Shown here: piece after piece, positions 35,689 to 47,016 of the stretch
Layout of the letters: every line of letters begins with the position of its first letter
Position numbering within the stretch: the first letter of the stretch is position 1
Source: a virus
Length of the DNA: 64,000 nucleotides
Strand: one strand, 5' to 3'
IMG/VR virus record: IMGVR_UViG_3300048694_001134
Location: 1-64,000 of that record
Program-made: the position numbers and the translations under genes
The notes under the pieces: model-generated
Told to the model about the DNA's origin: nothing
What the model saw: only the letters and a program-made list of their open reading frames with translations
Databases searched by the model: none

Positions 35689-38574
35689 ATGGCAAACCAA
35701 ATTCAAATAAAGAGAAGTAACACCACGGCATTGCCTGCAAGCCTTGCCGTCGGTGAACTTGCGTACTCTGGAAACGGTGAGGTACTATTCATTGGTAGCG
35801 TGAACGGGGTTGCCAACTCAGCAAACGTCGTTGCCATTGGTGGTGTCCGTAACCCAGGTACATTGACAGCAAACCAAGCACTCGTTGCTAACTCAACGAG
35901 CTGGATAGATGCAATTCAAACAACAAAGCTGATTGTTGGACCCGTCGGCACAACAGTAAACGTTGCTTCGATATCAACTCAATCTAACAGCTCTCAACTT
36001 GGTGCAACGGCAGGTGGATCAAATACTGAGCTTGTTTCTTCATGGGCTGTTAAGAACTACGTTGACACACGTACGGGCGTTGTAACGGCGGGTCAGGTCG
36101 TATACGCAAACTCGACTGGCGGGCTTTCTGGTGATGCAGGGTTTACGTTTGTTGCTGCAACAGACGCGCTTACAGTTAACGGATCTATTCTTGTCGGTGC
36201 AAACGTTGTTACAAACACAACAGCTTTGTACGTTGGTAACTCTACATCCAACTCCGTTCTTTCTCAGGGCAGCTTGGTTCTTTCGAACGGCACCGGAACA
36301 GTAACAGTCAACCTTTCACAGATATCCGTTGGATCAAACGTCGTTGCAAACGCTACTGCCGTATATGTTGGCAACTCAACTGTTAATGCAGTTCAAAGTC
36401 AGACAGGCGTTGTTGTTACAAGCGCAACAACCACGACCACGGTTAATACGACACAAGTTTCCGTAGGTGCAAACGTTGTTGCAAATACAACTGGTATACT
36501 GGTTGGTAACAGCACCGTCAATGCTACCGTTGTTTCAACACTCATCCAGGCGGCGAACAGTACCGGAACAGCAAACATTACACCGACAGCATTTGTTGTT
36601 GGTATTGCGACCGTCAACTCAACGGCCGTTTCCGTTGGAGCGAACGTTACTCTTAACGCGACAACGCTGTTCATGGGTAACAGCACTGTTAACACAACAC
36701 TGACAGCAGGCAACCTACAACTCAAGGGTACAATGTTGACAGTAAGCAACGTCACCATTGACGGTGATGCTGTTCTTGTTGGCAACTCAACTGTCAATGC
36801 TTACACAAACAGTTCGTTCATTACTGTACGTAACGCATCAAGCTCGTCAAACGTCACACCGACATCCATTGACGTTGGAACAAGTAGAGTTAACACCACG
36901 GTCGTTGCTGCTGGCGCGAACGTTATTGCTAATACTACAGCGTTGTATATTGGTAACTCGACTGTCAATGCTGTTGCTACGCAGGTTGGGTTCACTGTTA
37001 CGAACGGTACAGTCACCTCCGTTGTCAACACTTCTCAAGCATCCGTGGGTGCAAACGTTGTTGCTAACACGACAGCGGTATATGTTGGTAACTCGACCGT
37101 CAACGCAGTTCAAAGTCAAACCGGTGTTGTTGTTGCAAGTGCTACTCAAACAACAACAGTCAACAACACAGTAGTTGCTGTTGGTGCAAACGTTGTTGCA
37201 AACTCAACACAGTTGCTCGTTGGTAACACGACAGTTAACGCGTCGATCACGTCAACACAAATAAGAGTAGCAAACAGTACAGCGTCTGCAAACGTTAACC
37301 CTAATGCCGTCTTGGTTGGTACGTCTGTTGTTAACACAATAGCTCTTGCAGCTGGTGCAAACGTTATTGCTAACACAACGGCGTTGTATGTTGGCAACTC
37401 GACTGTCAATGCGGTTACGACTCAGACTGGCACCTCATGGGCGTCAGCTACTCAAACAACTGTTGCTAACAACACAGTAGTTGCGGTCGGTGCGAACGTT
37501 ATTGCAAACGCGACGGCTTTGTTTGTCGGCAATTCAACCGTTAATGCCGTCACAACACAAGTTGGCACATCTTATCAAACAGCTACACAGACGGTTGTTG
37601 TTAACAACAGCGTAGTCTCCGTCGGTGCAAACGTTATTGCAAACGCAACGGCTGTGTTTGTTGGTAACAGCACAGTTAATACGGTAATTACTGGCATTGG
37701 TCTAACGTCAGGTAACTCCGTCGTTAACACTACAACAATCGCTGTAGGCGCAAACGTTGTTGTCAATACATCAGCAGCGTCGATTGGTAATTCGACGGTA
37801 AACGTCCAGATTACACAATCGTCTATTACCACTACCAATGCAACAGCAACGTTTGGTAACACGACGGTTAATGGTTTTGCAAACGTAGCAACAACACTTA
37901 ACGTCGTTGCTAACGCATCGTTCGGTGCAAACGTCTCTGTTACAAATAACATTACCGCTAACCAAATGGCGGTCGGTGACTTGAGCGTCTCTGGTAACTT
38001 GAACGTTACTGGTACGCTGACAACAATTAATGCTAACAACATTACCGTTACAGATCCGTTGATTCAGTTGGGTACGAATAATAACGTATCAGACTTGTTG
38101 GATATTGGTGTCTATGGTAATTATGGTCTCGACGCAAATACAAACAACCATAGACACGCTGGTATCTTCCGTGATGCGAGTGATAGCGGTGTTTGGAAGT
38201 TGTTCGATGGTTTGTTGGCTGCGCCAACGACAACCATTGATACAGCAAACAACACCTACAATCCTGCTACGCTTCAGGCGTTCCTCAAGACAGGTGGCAC
38301 AGGTCTAACTGGTTTCATTGCCAACTCAACATCGATTACGTTGACGGCAAACAGTACAATGAACGTCAACATAACGGCAAATACGTTGTCGTTGTCAACC
38401 CCGCTACCAGGTACATCCGGTGGTCTTGGTTTGAATACGTTCACAGCGGAAGACATTCTTGTTGCTAACAGCACAAACGGATTCCGTAAACTGAGCAAGG
38501 GTTCGGAAGGAACTGTTCTTCAGATTTCCGGCGGCGTGGTCGCTTACAGTACACTTGATGGTGGCACATATTAA
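35689..38574 (+). CDS. Long beta-repeat tail-fibre-like protein
   Basis: N-terminal IQIKRS...GELAYS, about 12 copies of VGANV(V/I)AN(T/A)TA(L/V)xVGNSTVN, a D.G.YG.Y...HAGIFRDASD domain, C-terminal LDGGTY. Confidence 0.75.
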   Translation: MANQIQIKRSNTTALPASLAVGELAYSGNGEVLFIGSVNGVANSANVVAIGGVRNPGTLTANQALVANSTSWIDAIQTTKLIVGPVGTTVNVASISTQSNSSQLGATAGGSNTELVSSWAVKNYVDTRTGVVTAGQVVYANSTGGLSGDAGFTFVAATDALTVNGSILVGANVVTNTTALYVGNSTSNSVLSQGSLVLSNGTGTVTVNLSQISVGSNVVANATAVYVGNSTVNAVQSQTGVVVTSATTTTTVNTTQVSVGANVVANTTGILVGNSTVNATVVSTLIQAANSTGTANITPTAFVVGIATVNSTAVSVGANVTLNATTLFMGNSTVNTTLTAGNLQLKGTMLTVSNVTIDGDAVLVGNSTVNAYTNSSFITVRNASSSSNVTPTSIDVGTSRVNTTVVAAGANVIANTTALYIGNSTVNAVATQVGFTVTNGTVTSVVNTSQASVGANVVANTTAVYVGNSTVNAVQSQTGVVVASATQTTTVNNTVVAVGANVVANSTQLLVGNTTVNASITSTQIRVANSTASANVNPNAVLVGTSVVNTIALAAGANVIANTTALYVGNSTVNAVTTQTGTSWASATQTTVANNTVVAVGANVIANATALFVGNSTVNAVTTQVGTSYQTATQTVVVNNSVVSVGANVIANATAVFVGNSTVNTVITGIGLTSGNSVVNTTTIAVGANVVVNTSAASIGNSTVNVQITQSSITTTNATATFGNTTVNGFANVATTLNVVANASFGANVSVTNNITANQMAVGDLSVSGNLNVTGTLTTINANNITVTDPLIQLGTNNNVSDLLDIGVYGNYGLDANTNNHRHAGIFRDASDSGVWKLFDGLLAAPTTTIDTANNTYNPATLQAFLKTGGTGLTGFIANSTSITLTANSTMNVNITANTLSLSTPLPGTSGGLGLNTFTAEDILVANSTNGFRKLSKGSEGTVLQISGGVVAYSTLDGGTY

Positions 38575-38591
38575 AAAGTGAAAGGTTTATA

Positions 38592-39104
38592 ATGGAAGCT
38601 GAATTTGTTAATGTCTTTGTGCAAAAGCAGAAAGACATGATGAATGATTTATTATCTCGACTAGTAATGTTGGATACCCGAGCAACGCTTGCAGAAGCTA
38701 AACTCAAAGACACCACTGAAACAAACATACAGCTTCAGGAGGAGATGGGTAGGTTGCATCAAGCGCTTGCGCAATCAAAAAATGACGTTAATGATTTGCA
38801 ACTGCAAAATCAACGACATGAACGGGTGCAAGCTGAGCTGCATGCGCGGCTTGACGTTCAGCTACCGTCGAGAAATGAACTTGATGTTGCTTTGGAGAAA
38901 GCACGTGTTGCTGAGGAAGAGAAGAACAAACTACAAAAGCTATACAAAGATTTAGAAGTGAAAAACAGTGTATTGCAAATGAAAGTAATTAGCTCAGCTT
39001 CGATGAAACCGGAATTCATTGCCTCGAGTCCTGCTCCCGTTCAACAAAAACAAACAGCGGTTAAGCCAAAAGTTCAAACAAAAAGAAGACAAGCTAAGTC
39101 TTAA
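38592..39104 (+). CDS. Coiled-coil hypothetical protein
   Basis: Long heptad-rich helix and a basic C-terminal tail. Confidence 0.6.
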   Translation: MEAEFVNVFVQKQKDMMNDLLSRLVMLDTRATLAEAKLKDTTETNIQLQEEMGRLHQALAQSKNDVNDLQLQNQRHERVQAELHARLDVQLPSRNELDVALEKARVAEEEKNKLQKLYKDLEVKNSVLQMKVISSASMKPEFIASSPAPVQQKQTAVKPKVQTKRRQAKS

Positions 39105-39134
39105 ATAAGACGACAATCCTAGATAGGAGCTATC

Positions 39135-39845
39135 ATGGCAAATAAATTACAAATTAAAAGAACATCGGTATCAGGTCGGGCACCAAACACAACAAACGCC
39201 GCAAACACAACATACATCGATGCAGGCGAGCTTGCGTTAAACTTAGCAGATGGTAAGTTGTTTAGCTCGAACGGAGCTGGGCTTATCGAGTTTGGTACAG
39301 GGACGCCCGTATACGATTCGACGGGTACGTTGCTAACAAACACGTATATGACATACGTTGCAATGGGTGCATTGCAAACAAACGTAACTCCAGCAACAGA
39401 TAACATTATATCCGTAGGTCAGATTCTCTATCGTTTTGCAGATGGTTACTTTGCTGGTACTCTTTCTGTCGGCAACACGTCCGTCAATACACAGATAACA
39501 AGCAGTAAAGTCACAACACCTTACCTGACACTAACGGGCGCCGGTAATGCAGCATTGATTGATACAACAAACAGCAATGCATCGTATGCAAACGGAGCAG
39601 CAGTGCACTTCCCCAACTTTTCAGGAATGATTATTGTCAATAACACCGGTACAACAGGACAGGTTGCACTACATCTTTGTGGTGGGGGCTCTGTCGGTGT
39701 TTTGGGATATAGCGGCACCGGTGTTCCACACAAGACGGGCACAATCACATCCAACGTAACAAACAACGGTTATACTTGGGTCAACGATAGTGGTGCAACG
39801 GACACCTTTAGCTTTGCCGTAATCAAGACACGTGCCGGCGCCTAA
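39135..39845 (+). CDS. Short fibre-like protein with an IKR...GELALN N-terminus
   Basis: MANKLQIKRTS...GELALNLADGKLF; AGGAG RBS upstream. Confidence 0.65.
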   Translation: MANKLQIKRTSVSGRAPNTTNAANTTYIDAGELALNLADGKLFSSNGAGLIEFGTGTPVYDSTGTLLTNTYMTYVAMGALQTNVTPATDNIISVGQILYRFADGYFAGTLSVGNTSVNTQITSSKVTTPYLTLTGAGNAALIDTTNSNASYANGAAVHFPNFSGMIIVNNTGTTGQVALHLCGGGSVGVLGYSGTGVPHKTGTITSNVTNNGYTWVNDSGATDTFSFAVIKTRAGA

Positions 39846-39870
39846 TCCTAAATAAGCAAAAGGAGTAGAT

Positions 39871-40614
39871 ATGGCCGTTCCAGCAACAAGATCACAATTC
39901 AAAGAATACTGCCTGCGTAAGTTGGGCAAACCCGTCATTGAAATTAACGTTGATGATGATCAGGTTGAGGACCGTATTGACGAGGCAATCCGTTATTACT
40001 GGGATTACCATTTCGATGGTACGGAGAAGGTGTACTACAAACACCAAGTATCTCAGCAAGATATAGACAATAGATATATCACTCTTCCCGAAAACATTAT
40101 TGGTGCTGTCCGGGTATTTCCTATTGGGGACCCGTCAATCCGTTCGGATGATATGTTTAATATCCGTTACCAGATTGCTCTCAACGACCTGTACACACTG
40201 ACTGCTTACTCGATGTTGCCATACTATATGGCCATGCAGCACCTCGCTTTAATTTCTGAATTCCTTGTTGGCCAACAACCGATTCGATATAGTCGCCACC
40301 GCGACCGCTTGTACATTGATACCAAGTGGACAAATTATAACGTTGGCGACTTCCTTTTAATCGAAGCGTATGAAGTTCTTGATCCTGATACGTTTAGTGA
40401 TATGTGGGCCGATCGTTGGCTGCAGAACTACGCAACAGCAAAGATCAAGTACCAGTGGGGGTCAAATCTGACAAAGTTTACCGGTATGCAGTTACCAGGT
40501 GGTGTACAGTTCAACGGTGAAAAGATATTTGACGATGCTAAAACAGAAATCGAAGTGATGGAAAAAGAAATGATTTCCAGTTACTCATTGCCAGTAATGG
40601 ACATGATAGGATAA
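39871..40614 (+). CDS. gp13: Neck protein gp13
   Basis: YCLRKLGKPVIEINVDDDQVEDRIDEA, KYQWGSNLTKF.G.QLPGGV.FNG. Confidence 0.93.
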   Translation: MAVPATRSQFKEYCLRKLGKPVIEINVDDDQVEDRIDEAIRYYWDYHFDGTEKVYYKHQVSQQDIDNRYITLPENIIGAVRVFPIGDPSIRSDDMFNIRYQIALNDLYTLTAYSMLPYYMAMQHLALISEFLVGQQPIRYSRHRDRLYIDTKWTNYNVGDFLLIEAYEVLDPDTFSDMWADRWLQNYATAKIKYQWGSNLTKFTGMQLPGGVQFNGEKIFDDAKTEIEVMEKEMISSYSLPVMDMIG

Positions 40615-40617
40615 GTT

Positions 40618-41388
40618 TTGGCAACCAACTTCTTTTTCAACAACTTCCAAAACAGCGGTGAGCAGCTGTTAATAGAAAATCTGATTATAGAATCTATCAA
40701 GATCTATGGTCACGATGTCTATTTCATACGTCGAAGAACTCGTAACGTGGATAAGATCTTCAATGAAGATCCACTACATGAGTACACAGACGCGGTACTG
40801 GTGGAGATGTACATAAAGAACGTTGATGGGTTTGGCGGGGATGGTGATTTCTTGTCTAAATTCAATTTACAAATTCGTGATCAAATAACCTTTTCAATTG
40901 CACGCCGCACGTTTGCGGATGAAGTCGGTTCTGTAGCAACCGCACCGCCGACCGCTGATTTGTCCGTGGAACAGCTCGCAACGATAGAACGCGACCGTCC
41001 GCTTGAAGGTGATTTAATATATTTTCCATTGAATAAGAAGCTTTTTGAAATAAAATTTGTCGAGCATGAAGCTATATTTTATCAGATGGGAGCTCTTCAA
41101 ACATACGATCTGCGCTGTGAGTTGTTCGAGTACAACAATGAATACTTTGATACAGGAATATTGGAAATCGATAGAATGTCCGATTCCTATTCTCTTTCTT
41201 CAGACCTCTTTGGTTTGATGACAGAGTCGGGACTGTTTATTACCGATGAAGAAGGACATCCGTTGCTTTTAGAATCGTATGATATTGTTGAGAATGATCC
41301 TACAGCGGATAACGAAATAATAGAAGTAGAGGCAGACGGTATTATTGATTTTACCGAACGTGATCCTTTCAGTGAAGGAACATACTAA
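40618..41388 (+). CDS. gp14: Neck protein gp14 (TTG start)
   Basis: EQ.LIENLIIESIKIYG, FLSKF, RP.EGDLIYFP, FEIKFVEHE..FYQ.G. Confidence 0.92.
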   Translation: MATNFFFNNFQNSGEQLLIENLIIESIKIYGHDVYFIRRRTRNVDKIFNEDPLHEYTDAVLVEMYIKNVDGFGGDGDFLSKFNLQIRDQITFSIARRTFADEVGSVATAPPTADLSVEQLATIERDRPLEGDLIYFPLNKKLFEIKFVEHEAIFYQMGALQTYDLRCELFEYNNEYFDTGILEIDRMSDSYSLSSDLFGLMTESGLFITDEEGHPLLLESYDIVENDPTADNEIIEVEADGIIDFTERDPFSEGTY

Positions 41389-42184
41389 TGCTAGGCCATA
41401 CATTCTATCACGGGCTTGTACGAAAGTATGTTGCGTTGTTTGGAACGCTTTTCAATGACATTCACATTAACCGTCCTGATCCAGACAAAAATATAACACA
41501 TTCGATCAAAGTACCAATCTCCTACGGACCAAGAGAAAAAACGCTTGCTCGTGTAACGGCAGATCCAGACTTGAATAAAATGCCAGCAATCCAGCTGCCC
41601 CGCATGTCGTTTGAGTTGCTTGATATGACATACGCTACCAGTCGTAAACTTAATACGCTCGGCAAACGATACAAAGTGGATCCTGGTTCTCCTAATGACT
41701 TGAAGTATCAATACAATCCAGTACCGTACGATCTTCGCTTTTCACTCTCCATCATGGTGAAGAATACAGACGATGGTACCCGTATAGTGGAGCAAATACT
41801 TCCCTACTTTACACCCGAGTGGACAACGACGGTACATTTAATTCCAGAGATGGACATTGTTATGGATATACCGATCGTGCTTACAGACGTTTCTGTGAGT
41901 GATGATTACGAAGGTAACTTTGAACAAAGAAGAGCTGTTATATGGACGTTGAACTTTACCTTAAAGGGGTATTTGTTTGGTCCTGTACGTCGAGGTGGTG
42001 TAATCAAGTTTACAGAAACAAATATATACAACAGCCTGGCAGCAAATGTTCAACTGCAGACCGTCGGTATACAGCCCGGCCTGACAGCTAATGGACAACC
42101 TACATCAAACGCAAATACAAGCGTTGGTATTGAGTCAATTGATGCACAGGATAATTTTGGATATGTTGTTACGATTACAGAACC

Positions 42185-42188
<4 letters not shown>
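41388..42188 (+). CDS. gp15: Tail sheath stabilizer / terminator gp15
   Basis: FGTLFNDI, KVPISYGPREK, LPRMSFE, VEQILPYFTP. Confidence 0.93.
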
Positions 42189-44246
<2,058 letters not shown>

Positions 44247-44259
44247 GAAAACCCAGAAT

Positions 44260-44267
44260 TATAAATA
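44260..44267 (+). promoter_or_regulatory. T4-type late promoter TATAAATA upstream of gp18
   Basis: Exact consensus in the intergenic gap. Confidence 0.8.
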
Positions 44268-44321
44268 CCAGGAACCAAACTTTCGTTTCTAAAATAATAA
44301 TACCTCAGAGGGGAGATAAAC

Positions 44322-46391
44322 ATGCCATTTCAAGTTAGTCCTGGCGTAAATGTATCTGAAATTGATCTGACCACAGTCGTCCCCGCTGTTTCTACTACAG
44401 AAGGTGCTCTCGCCGGTGTATTCCGTTGGGGCCCAGTAGAAAAGCGCACTCTCGTCGACTCAGAAGCAAATTTAGCTGCAAGATTTGGTAAGCCAACCAA
44501 TCATAATGCCGAAACATTCTTCACAGCAGCAAACTTTTTGTCTTACGGCAACAAGCTGTACATTGCTCGTGTAGCCAATACCACTTCTTCTAACACTTCC
44601 GTTGTTGTTCGTAACGCTGTTGCAAACATCGCGGCTATCAGTGATCTGAATGATTTTATTATTAAAAATGACGATCACTACGAAACAAAAACATTCTCTG
44701 CTGATTTGGATGCAAAGTATGTTGCAAAATATCCAGGGGCACTTGGTAACTCACTAAAGATTTCCGTCTGCGATTCCGCAGCCGGCTACACTTCGACAGC
44801 AAACCTCGATAACGGTGGCGGTAACCTAAGCTCCTCACTTGGTAACGTTAGCATCTCCGTCGGTCAGAGCAACGTTGTTGTTAACATTGCTGTTGGTAAC
44901 GGTGTTATTGCAAACGCAACAACCTACGCAAATACACTAGCAACTGGTATTACTGTTGGCGACTACATTCAAGTCGGCAACTCATCTATCGGTCTTCAAT
45001 ACATGAAGGTTGCTTCTGTTAGTAACGTCTCTAACACGTCTTCCGTAGCCACGTTCACAATTGTAACAGAAGATATCTACAGCCTTGCGCAAGATTATTC
45101 AACAACAAGCGGTCTTACACGTAAATGGGAGTACTTCAACGTTGTTGATAAGGCTCCTGGCACATCCGTATATCAATCAACTTTTGGTGCTAACACGTCA
45201 GCGATCGATGAGATCCACGTCGTCGTGGTTGATGAAAATGGTGCATTCACAGGCGTACCTGGAACAGTGTTGGAAGTGTTCTCTTCTATGTCTCGTGCAA
45301 CAGATGCAAAGACAGAAGACGGAGCAACAAACTTCTGGCAAACTGTTATCAACCAAACGTCAAATTATGTCTGGTGGACAAATGAGCGCTCTGGTGCAAC
45401 AAGCGCAGCAGCTGCTTCTCTAGCATCACCTTCTACAACAACGCCTCTGACTCTTACCTTCCAAGGCGGCTCAGACGGTCTTGATGAAAACAACGTTGCA
45501 GTAGGTACCGTGTTGGCGGGTTACGACCTGTTTGCATCTGCTGAGGATGTTGACGTGTCGCTCGTTCTTACAGGCGTTTCTCGTGGCGGTACAAACGGCG
45601 AGCAAATTGCTAACTACCTGATCGACAACGTTGCAGAGCGTCGTAAAGATTGCGTCGTGTTTGTGTCTCCACAAAAAGCTGACGTTGTTAACAACGCAGG
45701 AAACGAAGCAAGCGATACTGTTACTTTCCGTAACTCTCTACGCAGCACCTCTTATGCTGTACTGGATTCCGGTTACAAATATCAGTACGACAAATACAAC
45801 GATTTGTATCGTTGGATTCCTCTGAACGGCGACGTCGCAGGTCTCTGTGTACGTACTGATGAGCAGCGTGACGCATGGTGGTCTCCAGCTGGTTTCAACC
45901 GTGGTCAAGTTAAGAACATTGTTAAGCTCGCTTTCAACCCACGTCAAGCGGATCGCGATATTCTTTACAAAGCGGGCGTTAACCCTGTCGTTACGTTCCC
46001 TGGACAAGGTACTGTATTGTACGGCGACAAGACGTTGCTTGCAAAACCAAGCGCATTCGACCGTATCAACGTTCGTCGCTTGTTTATTGTCTTGGAAAAA
46101 GCGATTGCAACAGCTACTAAGTTTACACTGTTCGAATTCAACGATGATTTTACTCGTGCTCAGTTCCGTAATCTCGTTGAGCCGTTCCTACGTGATGTCC
46201 AAGGACGTCGCGGTATCTACGACTTCAAGGTGATTTGTGACACAACAAACAATACCGGTGAAGTAATTGATCGCAATGAGTTTATTGGTGACATCTATGT
46301 CAAGCCAGCAAAGAGTATCAACTTTATCCAGTTGAACTTTGTTGCTGTAAGAACAGGTGTTGAGTTCTCCGAAATTGTCGGTCAGTTTTAA
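44322..46391 (+). CDS. gp18: Tail sheath protein gp18
   Basis: SPGVNVSEIDLT, WWSPAGFNRG, FDRINVRRLF, KPAKSINFIQLNFVAVRTGV.F. Confidence 0.96.
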   Translation: MPFQVSPGVNVSEIDLTTVVPAVSTTEGALAGVFRWGPVEKRTLVDSEANLAARFGKPTNHNAETFFTAANFLSYGNKLYIARVANTTSSNTSVVVRNAVANIAAISDLNDFIIKNDDHYETKTFSADLDAKYVAKYPGALGNSLKISVCDSAAGYTSTANLDNGGGNLSSSLGNVSISVGQSNVVVNIAVGNGVIANATTYANTLATGITVGDYIQVGNSSIGLQYMKVASVSNVSNTSSVATFTIVTEDIYSLAQDYSTTSGLTRKWEYFNVVDKAPGTSVYQSTFGANTSAIDEIHVVVVDENGAFTGVPGTVLEVFSSMSRATDAKTEDGATNFWQTVINQTSNYVWWTNERSGATSAAAASLASPSTTTPLTLTFQGGSDGLDENNVAVGTVLAGYDLFASAEDVDVSLVLTGVSRGGTNGEQIANYLIDNVAERRKDCVVFVSPQKADVVNNAGNEASDTVTFRNSLRSTSYAVLDSGYKYQYDKYNDLYRWIPLNGDVAGLCVRTDEQRDAWWSPAGFNRGQVKNIVKLAFNPRQADRDILYKAGVNPVVTFPGQGTVLYGDKTLLAKPSAFDRINVRRLFIVLEKAIATATKFTLFEFNDDFTRAQFRNLVEPFLRDVQGRRGIYDFKVICDTTNNTGEVIDRNEFIGDIYVKPAKSINFIQLNFVAVRTGVEFSEIVGQF

Positions 46392-46419
46392 TAATAAATA
46401 AAACAAAGGAGAACAAAAC

Positions 46420-46971
46420 ATGGCGTTTAATGTAAACGAAATTAGAAGTCAACTTGCGCTTGGCGGCGCACGTGGCAATCTGTTCCAAGTTACATTCACC
46501 AATCCAGCGAACGGCATTGCAGATATTAAGGTGCCGTTCATGGTGAGATCTACATCTATTCCTGAGTCAACGCTCGGTACTATTGAAGTGCCGTACTTTG
46601 GTCGTAAGGTAAGATTAGCTGGTGATCGTACATTTGGCGATTGGTCCGTCACAGTCATCAACGATGAAGACTTCCTAATCCGCAATGCAATGGAAGAATG
46701 GTCAAGCAAGATTAACTCTAATCAAACGAACCTCCGTGGGTTTGGCGCTGCTTCCCCTCTTCTATATAAATCAACAGCGGAAGTAACACAATTCTCAAAG
46801 ACTGGTGTACCGATCCGTTCGTATAAATTCAATGGTATTTTCCCATCGAACATTTCATCAATTGACCTCAACTGGGGCGATACGGATTCGATTGAGGAAT
46901 TCAACGTAACCTTCCAGTACGACTGGTGGGAAGTGAGTGGTGGCGTTACCGGCGACGGTGGCGGAGCTTAA
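46420..46971 (+). CDS. gp19: Tail tube protein gp19
   Basis: GGARGNLFQV, GRKVRLAGDRTF.DW.VTVINDEDF, IEEF.VTFQYDWW. Confidence 0.95.
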   Translation: MAFNVNEIRSQLALGGARGNLFQVTFTNPANGIADIKVPFMVRSTSIPESTLGTIEVPYFGRKVRLAGDRTFGDWSVTVINDEDFLIRNAMEEWSSKINSNQTNLRGFGAASPLLYKSTAEVTQFSKTGVPIRSYKFNGIFPSNISSIDLNWGDTDSIEEFNVTFQYDWWEVSGGVTGDGGGA

Positions 46972-46972
46972 T

Positions 46973-47005
46973 AAGAGCGAGCGCTTTAACGGCGCTCATT
47001 CTTTT
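46973..47005 (+). terminator. Possible terminator / stem-loop between gp19 and gp20
   Basis: GAGCGC-(7 nt)-GCGCTC stem with outer AAGA/TCTT pairing and a short T run. Confidence 0.45.
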
Positions 47006-47016
47006 ATGGAGTAAAT

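Noticed and set aside
23585-38042. Long alternative-frame and antisense ORFs over the fibre and repeat genes (e.g. 23585-24295 minus, 30337-31206 plus, 37575-38042 minus)
   Set aside because: Expected by-products of low-complexity codon usage in the real frame; no independent motifs.
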